Positions 47,292 through 57,700 of a stretch of 64,000 nt of DNA are shown piece by piece. A program made the translations under genes and the position numbers. This stretch comes from a virus, in the IMG/VR virus record IMGVR_UViG_3300045957_000047, positions 10,199 to 74,198 of that record, one strand, 5' to 3'. Under the pieces are notes generated by a model. The model did not search any database, was not told where the DNA came from, and saw nothing but the letters and a program-made list of their open reading frames with translations. Position 1 is the stretch's first letter; each line of letters starts with the position of its first letter.

Positions 47292-47747
47292 TTATTGGCA
47301 GTATGTAGGGTAAGAGTCTTCGTCTTTTTCGTGAGCACACACCCATTCAATCAACAGACCTTGAGTGTTCATCGAAATCACTTGTTGCTCTTCTACACGA
47401 GCTAAGCGCTCTATGATAGTGAAAATCTTTTCACCTTGAGCATCCAATCTTGTGACCACTTCATCCAGTGCTTCTATCATTTGATCAAGCTTAACATTCG
47501 ATTCTTGAGTGACCTCAAACTGCATCTCTTGCATTCTCAGCTGAGCTTCAAACTGCATCTTCCTCTGCTCAAGCTCTGCATCTGCAATCTTGTTCATCAG
47601 ATTGCCTAAATCAAATCCGGTAAATACTGACCAGATAGTAAACATAAACATAAAAGCGACCATAGCCTTAGCCCATGGTGGCAATTGTTGCATCCATATT
47701 GTAGCGGCATGAGCATTTCCATGTTCATTATCCTTGCAATCATTCAC
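47292..47747 (-). CDS. membrane-anchored coiled-coil protein
   Basis: One TM segment then heptad repeats; C-terminal Cys pair. Confidence 0.7.
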   Translation of the reverse strand: MNDCKDNEHGNAHAATIWMQQLPPWAKAMVAFMFMFTIWSVFTGFDLGNLMNKIADAELEQRKMQFEAQLRMQEMQFEVTQESNVKLDQMIEALDEVVTRLDAQGEKIFTIIERLARVEEQQVISMNTQGLLIEWVCAHEKDEDSYPTYCQ

Positions 47748-48040
47748 TGTTTACAATCCAGAAGATCGTTGAACAGGTCCATAATCTTACACAGAGCTTG
47801 AGTCAAAGCTGCTGCCCGCCGTTCGTCCTTGGGAAACGGAATGATCGCTGGGGGTCTGTGGAACAGCGTAATAATCTGACTGTCTCCGTTGACCCCTCGA
47901 TTAGTGAATTTGTAAGGTCGCCCCTTACCAAAAGACACGTAGATATCACAACCGTCAACGCGGGTCACTTTACCCGGACCACGGCAAATATCGTAGACAG
48001 TATCCTCTGGGTATATTGCTTCGTCGTGTAAAGTAGTCAT
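47744..48040 (-). CDS. hypothetical virion protein
   Basis: DTVYDICRGPGKV; gene after the portal. Confidence 0.7.
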   Translation of the reverse strand: MTTLHDEAIYPEDTVYDICRGPGKVTRVDGCDIYVSFGKGRPYKFTNRGVNGDSQIITLFHRPPAIIPFPKDERRAAALTQALCKIMDLFNDLLDCKQ

Positions 48041-48095
48041 AAGCTCAGTCTACAAACTTTCTCACCCTTTAGGATACAATTCTACACCTTTGATA

Positions 48096-50231
48096 CTAGG
48101 CTGCTTGGGTAGGCACTTGGGCAGTATCGGCACTCAAGGTAGCAGGCGGCTGACTAACCCCTCCGGCAATCCCGCCACCAGACTGAGCGATACCTAATTG
48201 CTGCTGTCTGAGAAGTCTTTCCTCATTGCGAGCCTCTACGCTGTCTGGATCTTTGACAAACTTATCCGGGTCTTGCCCATGAGTTGAAGCCAACTCTCTA
48301 ACAAGGCAAGCCATACCATATGGCTCAATAAGACCTGGCTGAGTTTGACTGATTGGCGCGAGTGTGTTGAAGAACTGAAGTAGATTGGCCCTGTTGAGCT
48401 GCCTGTCCAAGAGGTGCGAAGACCCCTTAGCCTTGGCTTTGGCATCGGCTTTAAGTAACGGATCTTCGGTCGTGCGCATAATCTGATCGGCCACGGCATT
48501 TAAAACGTTCTCTAACATATCGTCAATAGGTACCAACATAGAGCGAAGTGCGGTCGTAGCATTGGCTTGTAGGATATTGGCCTCCCCCAGCGTCCCGATA
48601 CCTGGCTGGGCTTGGCCCAACATCTGGCGATTAAAGCCTGTGTTAATCTCAGCATTAACAAAAAACGTATTGATCAGCCCCATAAATGTAGGTGCTTGAG
48701 AAGTCAATTGCTCGAACGTGATTGCCTTGCCTTGTGCCCCTCTCATTCGAGAGTTCACCAACGTAGTGGAGCCTGCGTGAAACCTTTTTGGTATTGACTG
48801 ATTCTTGTCTAAAAAAGACACATCCACTTGACTGATTGGACCTGACGTGTATCCAATGTCTCGAATGGCAGCACGTAGTGAAGCGTTAGCGGATCGCTGC
48901 TCGTCTTGTGCTCTGTGTGGGATGGCAAAGCCCCAGAAACTCCCTGCTACTGGGTACAAAGATGCAATCTCAAAAGGTCTTTTTTGACCTTTGTCAGGGT
49001 AGACGGCACGGATTATCTGATCGCATGTCATCCAGACCTCAACTTCGTAGCTGTCTTTATCGTCTATCTGTTTGCTGTCGAGTGTTTTAACGTCTGCCTT
49101 TTTCAAGATGTAGCCAGGAACCTGTCCATAATACTTTATGACATCAGTACCCTCGTAGTCCCTCCACCTTCCGACTCGATCTTCCAAAGCTGCCATCTCA
49201 ATATCATACTGAGGTGACAGCCAATCTCGTGATTTGAACTCAAATTCGGTCAATACCAAGTCAATATTCTCGGCAACAAAACCATCCATTTTTCGAGCGT
49301 CTTGCAGTTGACCTCGGGTCATTGTGCAAAACTCAAATAAACCGGTTCCTGAATGTGGGTCTTTACTGTCAGGAGTGGGGTAGATATTCTCACAAGGCAC
49401 GACTTCCATGTGCTGATACTTCTTTTTTGGATAGACCTTCTCGCCGTCTTTCCACTCCGAAACTTCCTTCACCCCAATAACAGGGCCTTTCATGACAGCA
49501 ATGGGGTCAACGACTAATCGCTGAAGAAACTCGTCCAAAACCTTATAGAAATCAGCAGTCTCAAGATTGGCATGCATCTGTCGTTGTAGGTTACGAGTAT
49601 GCTTTTCCGCTTCTCTATCCAGCATCTGGAACAATTCATCACGAAGCTCTTTAACAATCTCAGTTGCGCGCTCTTCGGTCATGGGAGTTACTTGGCCATC
49701 AGGGCCTGGAGCACGAGACTCTTCTATGATTCTCAGAACGGCAAAATCTTCTGCCCGGCTGACCACAAACTCAGGAAGCTCAGGAATAGGGGATGCCCGT
49801 AATTCCCAAATGGGGTTGTCAGCATCTGCCTGGTTGAGGATAGAGCGGAGAAAAGCCAATCCGATATTGACCAGAGGTGCCACCAAATGAAACCAGACAT
49901 CAATCTCTGGCATCAACCGCTTTTCTTCTTCTGTGTACTCACCCCGGTATAGTCGTCTGCCACAAGATATCCGGTCGTCAATATCCGCAGAAAGCCTAGC
50001 CGATTTAGAGTCTTGAAACATCTGCAAGATATAACTCTTGAGTGTCTCGATAGGGGCCTCTTCATCTGCAAGGTCAGACTCCATGAAGTCTTCCCAAGCC
50101 TCGTTGGCTGCCTCTACCCGCTCTTCTTTATCCTGGAACTGAGTCGCCTGTTGTTGTAACTCGTTACTCAGTGGCGCTGCTGTGGCGCTCAGTTCCCCTG
50201 TCAGATCATCAGGGTTTGTCAGTGCTGCCAC
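48096..50231 (-). CDS. portal protein
   Basis: 711 aa; LYRGEY, VMKGP, NIYPTPD, SFWGFAIP, SGP, GQAQPG..TLG pattern of podovirus portals. Confidence 0.85.
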   Translation of the reverse strand: MAALTNPDDLTGELSATAAPLSNELQQQATQFQDKEERVEAANEAWEDFMESDLADEEAPIETLKSYILQMFQDSKSARLSADIDDRISCGRRLYRGEYTEEEKRLMPEIDVWFHLVAPLVNIGLAFLRSILNQADADNPIWELRASPIPELPEFVVSRAEDFAVLRIIEESRAPGPDGQVTPMTEERATEIVKELRDELFQMLDREAEKHTRNLQRQMHANLETADFYKVLDEFLQRLVVDPIAVMKGPVIGVKEVSEWKDGEKVYPKKKYQHMEVVPCENIYPTPDSKDPHSGTGLFEFCTMTRGQLQDARKMDGFVAENIDLVLTEFEFKSRDWLSPQYDIEMAALEDRVGRWRDYEGTDVIKYYGQVPGYILKKADVKTLDSKQIDDKDSYEVEVWMTCDQIIRAVYPDKGQKRPFEIASLYPVAGSFWGFAIPHRAQDEQRSANASLRAAIRDIGYTSGPISQVDVSFLDKNQSIPKRFHAGSTTLVNSRMRGAQGKAITFEQLTSQAPTFMGLINTFFVNAEINTGFNRQMLGQAQPGIGTLGEANILQANATTALRSMLVPIDDMLENVLNAVADQIMRTTEDPLLKADAKAKAKGSSHLLDRQLNRANLLQFFNTLAPISQTQPGLIEPYGMACLVRELASTHGQDPDKFVKDPDSVEARNEERLLRQQQLGIAQSGGGIAGGVSQPPATLSADTAQVPTQAA

Positions 50232-50508
50232 TTGCTGAATCCTTTGGTTTGATGTAGACCTCGTATCCTAGCCTATCCATCAGGTAAACAAAACGATTAA
50301 ACCCTGGAGACCTTTGCCCGAGGACGTACTTAGACATCGTACCTTCCCTGATTCCAGCCCTTCGACTGAAGTCTCTGTTCGTCCAAAAATGAATATGCTG
50401 GATAGCCCAAAAGATATTCACCCCTATGAGGGGGCAGACTTGAGCTGGTTTACCCTCAGCTAATCGACTTTGAAAGTATGCCAACTGCTGTTTTGATTCA
50501 TCAATCAT
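50209..50508 (-). CDS. XRE-family HTH transcriptional regulator
   Basis: WTNRDFSRRAGIREGTMSKYVLGQRSP...MDRLGYEV; likely ATG at 50508. Confidence 0.8.
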   Translation of the reverse strand: MIDESKQQLAYFQSRLAEGKPAQVCPLIGVNIFWAIQHIHFWTNRDFSRRAGIREGTMSKYVLGQRSPGFNRFVYLMDRLGYEVYIKPKDSASGSTDKP

Positions 50509-50625
50509 GCTGTAATTGTAGAAAATAGTTACTAAAGTGTAGCACAATTATCTAATGACTTTTACTTAAGTAGTGTGAACTGTTACGGTCTCTAAGAACT
50601 TGCCTTTTTCAAAGGATGCTTAACC

Positions 50626-51174
50626 ATGTCTACCTCTCCTGTTTTTCAGCCTTTCTGTCCATCCACCAAACCGAACTATTCTATGATGTTACCCTGTGAC
50701 ATAACTTCCTTAGTTACAGATGTTTCTGTAATTGTTGACGACAACGCTGACACCGTCTCACTGTCAGTAACAAAAATGACCCAGGCTTCTGGATGCTGGA
50801 AAGAGACTACTGAACTCATCGATGTCTTATCTCCTGACTTAATTGCGAACCTACTGAAGTCTTTTCCTCCTGGAAGCACTGAGACTCTTCCCGACTTCAA
50901 TGGAGTTATTACCGTAGATACTCTCAATGAAGACGGCAGTATTGGAACTGTCGATGTCATTGGTGGCTCTGTGTCTCCAAGCAACATGTTAGGCTCTCTT
51001 TTGTTTATCAACGGAGCCATGCATTACATCAACAATACGCCTCCTCCTGAGGCCATCCACACGGGTCCTACAGCCCCCACCAATCCAGACACCTCTTTGT
51101 GGGTCTCAAACAATATTGTTAAAACGAAGAACGCCAGTGGTTTCTGGGTTCAAAACACACCTTTTGGAGCATAA
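50626..51174 (+). CDS. virion accessory / fibre-associated protein
   Basis: AAGGA RBS; C-terminal GPTAPTNP..LWV motif. Confidence 0.7.
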   Translation: MSTSPVFQPFCPSTKPNYSMMLPCDITSLVTDVSVIVDDNADTVSLSVTKMTQASGCWKETTELIDVLSPDLIANLLKSFPPGSTETLPDFNGVITVDTLNEDGSIGTVDVIGGSVSPSNMLGSLLFINGAMHYINNTPPPEAIHTGPTAPTNPDTSLWVSNNIVKTKNASGFWVQNTPFGA

Positions 51175-51176
51175 TA

Positions 51177-53621
51177 ATGATTGATTTTGGTCCCGGTCCT
51201 TTTGTTACAGGGCAAACTTACACAGGTACTAATGGTCTCGACTACGTCTGGGACGGTCAGTGTTTTCTGCTGTCTCTTCCTAACCAGTCGGCAGCTACTC
51301 CTGTTGACACCGACGGAGACGGTACTGTTGATCAGCACGTAGTGATCACAGCAGACGGCGTTGAGACTCCTGTCAACCTCGGCGCTATTAACGCTCTGAG
51401 TGTAAATGGAGTCGCTGTGACGACTACTCCTGAAGGAGGCGCTGACCTGGCTGTACTGACAGGTGCTACTTTAAATGGCGATCCTGTAGCTGTTATCGAT
51501 GGTGTTCTCGACATCGAGGCTCTGGAAGGCGCTGTCTCTGGTAATACCGTCGAGCTGTCTATCCCTGGAGAGTCACCTGTCACCCTGTCTACTGATTCTC
51601 TTACCGGCTTGGTACAAAACCCTGATGGTTCTATTGGTACCTTAGGTGTAGACGGCTCACCGAGTACTGCATCCATGGGTATGACCTCCGTTGTCGATAC
51701 AGGTAACGGTACTTCAGGAATTGTCAGTAACTGGGATGGTACCGGCTCTTGTGAGTTTCTGAAAGCTTCCGCCTATCAACCGTCTATGACTGAAGGAGTT
51801 GATCTGTCAGGAGACGGTAATGTCGATACCAACATTATTACCACGTCCGATGGCGACTCAACTTCCGTTCCTCGCGATCCTGTACGCGATGTCGTAAACT
51901 CAGCAGGCACCAGTTTCAAAGGCGCTTTGGGCGTAGTCACCCTACCTGATATGCCCACCAACATGGTGGAAGATGTTCTTGACTCAAACGGAGTCAGCCT
52001 TAAAGACGCCTCAAACATTGTAACCCTACCCGCTATTGCAGCAGACGAACGCTTGATTGCTCTGCGTGTTGTTGAGAACCCTGCCGGTACTTACACTTGG
52101 GAAGTTGACGTAGGGCCAGGAGATGGGACTGTCAGCAACACTTACAACGCAGGCCCTGTGGTTGATATTGACACCTTTGCTCAAGTAGCACTGGACAACA
52201 CTGCGGGTACTGCTACTGTCACAGATCCTCAAGGAAACTCAGTCTCCGTTCCTTTAAATGCCGTTGCGAGCATCACCCCTGACGGCAATGGAGACTACAC
52301 AATAACAAATGCGGATGGTACTTCAAGCACTCTTAGTACCCTAACAACCCTCTCTTCTACAGACAGTTCAGTAACCGTGACACCTACGGTAACCGGTTTC
52401 GACCTCTCTGTACCTCCAGGAGCCGGAGCGACCACTGTTGTCTCTACTGACAGCTCTGTTACTGTAGCGACCACAGCCACTGGTGTGGATCTGTCTGTAC
52501 CTCCGGGAGCCGGAGCCACCACTGTTGTCTCTACTGATAATACGGTTGCTGTAGCAGCCACAGCCACTGGTGTAGATTTATCTGTACCTGCTCCTCCTGT
52601 TGTAGAATCTACTGACAGCTCTGTTACTGTAGCAACCACTGCTTCTGGTTTCGACCTCTCTGTACCTCCAGGAGCCGGAGCGACCACTGTTGTCTCTACT
52701 GACAGCTCTGTTACTGTAGCGGCCACAGCCACTGGTGTGGATCTGTCTGTACCTCCGGGAGCCGGAGCCACCACTGTTGTCTCTACTGACAACTCTGTTA
52801 CTGTAGCTACTACAGCCACCGGTGTAGATTTATCTGTACCTCCGGGAGCCGGAGCAACCACTGTTGTCTCTACTGATAATACGGTTGCTGTAGCAGCCAC
52901 GGCAACGGGTGTGGATATCTCTGCTCCACAAGTCACTTTGACTGACTGTGATGGAGCTACGATTCCTACATCTGCCACAATCTCTCCCAGACTACACGGT
53001 GAGCACGGGGGTCTTATTCAGCTTCCCACTATCCCTTCGCCTGCCAGCTGTATTCCTCCTGATGCGCCGTGCGTCTCCGAAGGGTTCATTGTTTACGACG
53101 AACATGGTGGAGCTTGGGAAAAGGCACCCGGAGCAGCTGTAGACGCATGGGTGCGCACTAAAAAGGCAACTGTTGTTAGCATTGTAGAGGCGGCTACATC
53201 ACCTGGTCCATTAGGTACCTCCTACGATCATGCGGGTCAAGGTGGTGCAAGCCTGGTTAAAATCGTCTCAGTCGATGTAGATTTTCCAAACCCGACCTGC
53301 GATGAGATGACTTACATTGTAGACTTCACTGCACGTTTGAATTTCTTTCTTCAGGGAACACCCCCTGTCACTCAAGCTGGTGTTTCTTTGGTGATGGGAG
53401 GATCTTACGTTTGGTTCTACTATGTCCAAGTCAATGCTACTGGAGAGCATAGTTTAGATAACTCTCACATCGGACCTTTGACTGTTGTAGTGCCGCCTAA
53501 GAGTACAGAGACCCGAGAAATGTACTTTGAGACTTGGAACTCTCAGGGATTGGATATTCCTTTGTTTCATGAAAATCTGTTTGGTTTTGCAACAGGTCGT
53601 GGAACGTGTAACAACATCTAA
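51177..53621 (+). CDS. long fibre protein with a repetitive shaft
   Basis: N-terminal TGQTYTGTNGLDYVWDG; seven STDxxVxV..G.D.S repeats; beta-rich C-terminal head. Confidence 0.8.
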   Translation: MIDFGPGPFVTGQTYTGTNGLDYVWDGQCFLLSLPNQSAATPVDTDGDGTVDQHVVITADGVETPVNLGAINALSVNGVAVTTTPEGGADLAVLTGATLNGDPVAVIDGVLDIEALEGAVSGNTVELSIPGESPVTLSTDSLTGLVQNPDGSIGTLGVDGSPSTASMGMTSVVDTGNGTSGIVSNWDGTGSCEFLKASAYQPSMTEGVDLSGDGNVDTNIITTSDGDSTSVPRDPVRDVVNSAGTSFKGALGVVTLPDMPTNMVEDVLDSNGVSLKDASNIVTLPAIAADERLIALRVVENPAGTYTWEVDVGPGDGTVSNTYNAGPVVDIDTFAQVALDNTAGTATVTDPQGNSVSVPLNAVASITPDGNGDYTITNADGTSSTLSTLTTLSSTDSSVTVTPTVTGFDLSVPPGAGATTVVSTDSSVTVATTATGVDLSVPPGAGATTVVSTDNTVAVAATATGVDLSVPAPPVVESTDSSVTVATTASGFDLSVPPGAGATTVVSTDSSVTVAATATGVDLSVPPGAGATTVVSTDNSVTVATTATGVDLSVPPGAGATTVVSTDNTVAVAATATGVDISAPQVTLTDCDGATIPTSATISPRLHGEHGGLIQLPTIPSPASCIPPDAPCVSEGFIVYDEHGGAWEKAPGAAVDAWVRTKKATVVSIVEAATSPGPLGTSYDHAGQGGASLVKIVSVDVDFPNPTCDEMTYIVDFTARLNFFLQGTPPVTQAGVSLVMGGSYVWFYYVQVNATGEHSLDNSHIGPLTVVVPPKSTETREMYFETWNSQGLDIPLFHENLFGFATGRGTCNNI
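52350..52925 (+). repeat. 87-bp (29-aa) tandem repeats, 7 units
   Basis: VPPGAGATTVVSTDSSVTVATTATGVDLS. Confidence 0.92.
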
Positions 53622-53632
53622 TTGATGTACTA

Positions 53633-53662
53633 TTGCTCTCCTTATCCGCTTAGGGAGAGCAA
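53633..53662 (+). terminator. 12-bp intergenic hairpin (weak terminator or mRNA-stabilising stem)
   Basis: ttgctctcctta-tccgct-tagggagagcaa; no strong U tract. Confidence 0.5.
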
Positions 53663-53682
53663 CTTAGTTAGAGGAACTTTTC

Positions 53683-54861
53683 GTGCCAATCGCTTGTCCT
53701 CAAAAACAGTCTATTACCATTCCCTTAAATGTACTTGATTGTACTGGGACTGATATCTGGTCACTGATAAGGCCCAACCCACAACCGTATATCCCCAAAA
53801 CTATCGACGAAAATTTCACCTCTTGGCCTAACCTTGTCAATGCTATAAGTAATCAAGATCACGGAGGTAAAGTATTTGGGTTCACGGGTAACAACGAAAG
53901 TATGTCCAGCACTGTAATCTCCAATGCTCAGAACTTTGTTATCGAAGGACAAGGCATTGGCAGAATAAATGGTCAATCCAGCAACCTCAGTACCGATGGT
54001 GCCTTTTTTCAGGGTATGTTTGAAGGGTGCAATGTAGGCACTATAAGAGGCATGACCATTGAAAACATGAGAAACTCAGGTATCTCTTTTGGCCAAGGAC
54101 CTAGCCTACGCCCCGGATGTACTGACATGATCTGTGAGTACAATACTTTCCATCGAATAGGACAGGCGGCAGTGGTCGCAGTCAACGGATCTCGAAGAAT
54201 CACTTGTCGATATAACCACATCTCAGAGATAGGACAAGGAAACACTTTTACTGGTGAAGGATTCTATGGCGGCTTTGGTGATCGCTATGACAATTTTGCA
54301 GAAGAGCTGTATATCGGATACAACACTTTTAGCAATCTCAGAGGTGAGGCTATTGATATAAAAAGGGACTCGACCAATGTCTTGATAGAACACAACCTGA
54401 TCGAAGGTATTGAGGTACACAGTCAAGGTGCCATCACTTTGGGTCTCAACGAACACCCTGGCAACATTAATGCCACTGTTCGCCATAACATCATCAACGG
54501 TGTCACGACTCGTAATTTTGACGGAAATGGTATTGTCATTGCTGCTGGAAACGTCTCAGTCTACGGCAATATTGTTATGAACACAGTAGCGTCTTCAATC
54601 GATATCTATGCTGATGGCGTAGTACCAGAAAGTAACCTTGTGGATATCTTTGAAAACATACTGGTCAGCCCTGCTGGTATTGTTTCTGTCCAACAAAATG
54701 TATTGAACTCATCTGAGTCACCTAACTTCAACCCATTAAATGTCACTCGAACAAACAATCTGGTGTCTTCCAACCCCACGCCTTCCGAATGCCTATTGTC
54801 TTCTGAGCCTTTACTCTCTGGAAGGGCTTTCACTCAACCTACTGACTTTATAATCAACTAA
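53683..54861 (+). CDS. right-handed beta-helix protein (pectate-lyase-like depolymerase)
   Basis: Repeated YNTF / HNLI / HNII coils; GEGFY, GEAIDIK. Confidence 0.85.
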   Translation: MPIACPQKQSITIPLNVLDCTGTDIWSLIRPNPQPYIPKTIDENFTSWPNLVNAISNQDHGGKVFGFTGNNESMSSTVISNAQNFVIEGQGIGRINGQSSNLSTDGAFFQGMFEGCNVGTIRGMTIENMRNSGISFGQGPSLRPGCTDMICEYNTFHRIGQAAVVAVNGSRRITCRYNHISEIGQGNTFTGEGFYGGFGDRYDNFAEELYIGYNTFSNLRGEAIDIKRDSTNVLIEHNLIEGIEVHSQGAITLGLNEHPGNINATVRHNIINGVTTRNFDGNGIVIAAGNVSVYGNIVMNTVASSIDIYADGVVPESNLVDIFENILVSPAGIVSVQQNVLNSSESPNFNPLNVTRTNNLVSSNPTPSECLLSSEPLLSGRAFTQPTDFIIN

Positions 54862-56399
54862 TGTTCACTTGTCCCCCTGCTAAAGTGACCTCTATTCAAG
54901 AGAGCACTACTCTTCAAGATTACTTAAACTCCTCGGTCGTTATTGATAGCGAGTTTATTGAGACTTCTGGGTACACTTCTCCTGGAGATGGTGGACAGGG
55001 AATATATCGACAAATCTCTACCAACCCTTTATCTGTAGACTGGCCTAAGGGCTCTTTCTTCTTACGACCTGTTGACGACGTTTTAAACCCTTTGCAATTT
55101 GGAGCAGAAACTTCTCCGACTTTCAACAGTACTTCTGCTTTTGCCTTGATGACTGAAGCTTCTCGCCTCTTACATAAAGGCATAGAGATCCCTGGCAGTG
55201 CTGATGGATTCTCTATCGATAACTGGATATTACATTCTCAAATAAAAATATGGGCGACTGGAGGTGTTTCAGATTCAGTCATTACACAAAGACCTGGTGC
55301 TACAGGTGGACTTCTTGCCTGGAATGGGACTGACCGAGTAACCAATGCACTGATCCAGGGTTTGTATTTATTCGGCAACAGTGGTGCTGACACTCAAGGA
55401 CTGTTATTAGACGGCATATCCTACTCGACCTTTATCAACATCTGGTCCCGGAACTTTGAAGACGGCATCTTTGCAGACGGTCAAATTACCCCGAACTTTC
55501 AGCAAGTATCCAATAACACACTGATCAACGTGCGCAGTAACAACAACAAGCGAAACGGCTTACGTATGATCAACTCCAGTCCAAACCCTTTGAAAAACGC
55601 CAACACGGCTATGACATTTGTCGGTTGTGAGTTTGCAGGTAATGATGGTGCCGGAATTTACGACGATCAGTCTGAAGTAGTGGTTATGCAAGGAGTCACT
55701 ATTCAAGGCAATGGGGGAACGAATTACATTAATAGTGTATCCTCAAAATTTGTTGTATACACTGAAGAAGGACCTGATGCCTTTGCGTTTGGTCCAGATG
55801 CTCGCGTAGACTTTGAGTTCCGTTCCTCTTACAACTGGACTCGAAATTTCATACTCGACGACAATCTGTTCAATCAGAAAATTAGGTGGTTGGGCAGTAC
55901 TGATGATCCTTTACATCTCTTTAATTCTGTCAATAAGTTAGACAGTTCAGAAGTCAACATGTTGGGAGGTGGCTCAACACTGACCAACAAAGTTTTCAAC
56001 TCTCCTGACTCTTTCTCTGGTATTGAATTTCTGTTGAACAAATCTGCCTTGGCCTTGCAAGGACAATGGGTGACACTGGCTATCCAGATGGACACTTCAA
56101 GTATTGTTAATCCTTTAGAGTGGCGATGCTATGCCGTTGCCGATGGTTCCTCAAGTAACGTCAATGGAGAAGTAGATGTCTCTACCTTCCCAGGAGGTAT
56201 TAGTGGCGGAATGCATATTTACTATTTTGTTATGCGCTTTCCGAACTCAGGCACTACTGCCGCCACTATTCAACTTTATCTCAACTACGGAACAGGTGGT
56301 ACAACTGTCAACATCCCCATCCAAAACGCCTGGGTCTACGAAGGTTATCATTGTTCCCTTCCAATGAATGCCAACATGCAAATGTTTGAAGATGTATAA
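54861..56399 (+). CDS. tailspike-like beta-helix protein
   Basis: GYTSPGDGGQGIY, LNPLQFGA..NSTSAF, Asn-rich coils. Confidence 0.85.
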   Translation: MFTCPPAKVTSIQESTTLQDYLNSSVVIDSEFIETSGYTSPGDGGQGIYRQISTNPLSVDWPKGSFFLRPVDDVLNPLQFGAETSPTFNSTSAFALMTEASRLLHKGIEIPGSADGFSIDNWILHSQIKIWATGGVSDSVITQRPGATGGLLAWNGTDRVTNALIQGLYLFGNSGADTQGLLLDGISYSTFINIWSRNFEDGIFADGQITPNFQQVSNNTLINVRSNNNKRNGLRMINSSPNPLKNANTAMTFVGCEFAGNDGAGIYDDQSEVVVMQGVTIQGNGGTNYINSVSSKFVVYTEEGPDAFAFGPDARVDFEFRSSYNWTRNFILDDNLFNQKIRWLGSTDDPLHLFNSVNKLDSSEVNMLGGGSTLTNKVFNSPDSFSGIEFLLNKSALALQGQWVTLAIQMDTSSIVNPLEWRCYAVADGSSSNVNGEVDVSTFPGGISGGMHIYYFVMRFPNSGTTAATIQLYLNYGTGGTTVNIPIQNAWVYEGYHCSLPMNANMQMFEDV

Positions 56400-56427
56400 A
56401 TATTTACCTTCCACCTGAGAATATCTG

Positions 56428-57699
56428 ATGAGTAAAGGTTGTCAAATTCAAGTCATTAACGGGGCTTACGTCTGCGACGTAGGTCAACTTATTGTTTACA
56501 GTGGTTACATTGGTCAAGTCCGGTACCATAACCTCCCCTTAACTACGCTTGAGAAAAATGTAGCCGAAGAGACCTGGATGTCTGCATCACCTGCTGAGAT
56601 AGAGGGAGATGGCCTACTACACCTTACAGCCCCTGGTACCTACCGATTCAACATTGACTGTGATGCTATCAAGGCCACTGCAGTACCTGCTGATGAAGAA
56701 GAGTATATCGTGCTGTGTTATGAAGGCATTAAAGTCTCTGACTGGGGTCAGCTTATCTCTCAACAACTGGAAGCGTTGTGTGAAAAGATAGAAGAGCCTA
56801 AAGCCATCATGGAATGCTTGGCCGAACTTAAACTCTTGACCGCTGCCAACAATAACCTGGTCGCTTTGGCTGGGCTTATGGATCAGCTAAAGGAGCTGTG
56901 CGACAAGCTTCTCAAACAAGCTGAGCAAAATGACGGCATTATTGAAAGCTTGGAAAACTTGGCCAGTGAACTGATCGAATTGTGTGAGAAGGTCGCTTCT
57001 GGCAATGAGGAGCTGGTCTCTTGTTTACAGGACCTGAAAACCTTGCAGGAAACCAGTAACGCATTAGACACTGAATCGATCGCACTGGCCACCGAGGCTA
57101 ACACTCTTGCCATACAAGCCAATGAGATAGCGGAGAAACTGTCAGAGCAGGCTCAAGCTACCTGTGACAAGATTGAAGCGAATAATGCTTTGCTTACGCA
57201 AGCCAATACCTTGGCCGAGGCAGGTAACCAGGCAGCTGAAGATCAGTGTGACAAGATTGAAGCGGGTAATGCTTTGCTTACGCAAGCCAATACCTTGGCC
57301 GAGGCAGGTAACCAGGCAGCTGAAGATCAGTGTGACAAGATTGAAGCGGGTAATGCTCTGTTACAACAATTGTCTGAAAACGGCAGTACAACTGCTGACC
57401 AGATTACTCAGCTGGTAGAGGCCAACTCTGCTGAAAATGCTGCCCTTGAGCAGTGCCTTCAAGACCAGAAAACCTTAGATATTGCCGGAAATAATACGCT
57501 TGAGTCGATCCAAGCGGAGCTTGATCAAATCCGGCAACAAGTAGAAGTACGGACTCACGTCATTGAAGGCTGTCTATTATCCGACCCGGCTGATCCTAAC
57601 TCAGACAAGATCTCTGCCTTTACTGTTGTTGATGACACAGGCACGGCTCTTTTTGCCCCTATTGCTTTGACCTCTCTCGGCTTTGTGGAGTGTTGTTAA
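56428..57699 (+). CDS. coiled-coil virion protein with periodic Cys
   Basis: N-terminal domain paralogous to 40903-41502; 28-aa repeats; ends in ECC. Confidence 0.8.
   Translation: MSKGCQIQVINGAYVCDVGQLIVYSGYIGQVRYHNLPLTTLEKNVAEETWMSASPAEIEGDGLLHLTAPGTYRFNIDCDAIKATAVPADEEEYIVLCYEGIKVSDWGQLISQQLEALCEKIEEPKAIMECLAELKLLTAANNNLVALAGLMDQLKELCDKLLKQAEQNDGIIESLENLASELIELCEKVASGNEELVSCLQDLKTLQETSNALDTESIALATEANTLAIQANEIAEKLSEQAQATCDKIEANNALLTQANTLAEAGNQAAEDQCDKIEAGNALLTQANTLAEAGNQAAEDQCDKIEAGNALLQQLSENGSTTADQITQLVEANSAENAALEQCLQDQKTLDIAGNNTLESIQAELDQIRQQVEVRTHVIEGCLLSDPADPNSDKISAFTVVDDTGTALFAPIALTSLGFVECC
57163..57357 (+). repeat. 84-bp (28-aa) tandem repeat, about 2.3 units
   Basis: CDKIEAGNALLTQANTLAEAGNQAAEDQ starting at 57163, 57247 and 57331. 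Confidence 0.92.
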
Positions 57700-57700
57700 G

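Noticed and set aside
50209-50508. Lysogeny switch (CI/Cro)
   Set aside because: A single XRE gene with no integrase, partition genes or second repressor in the window; it is coupled to the portal gene
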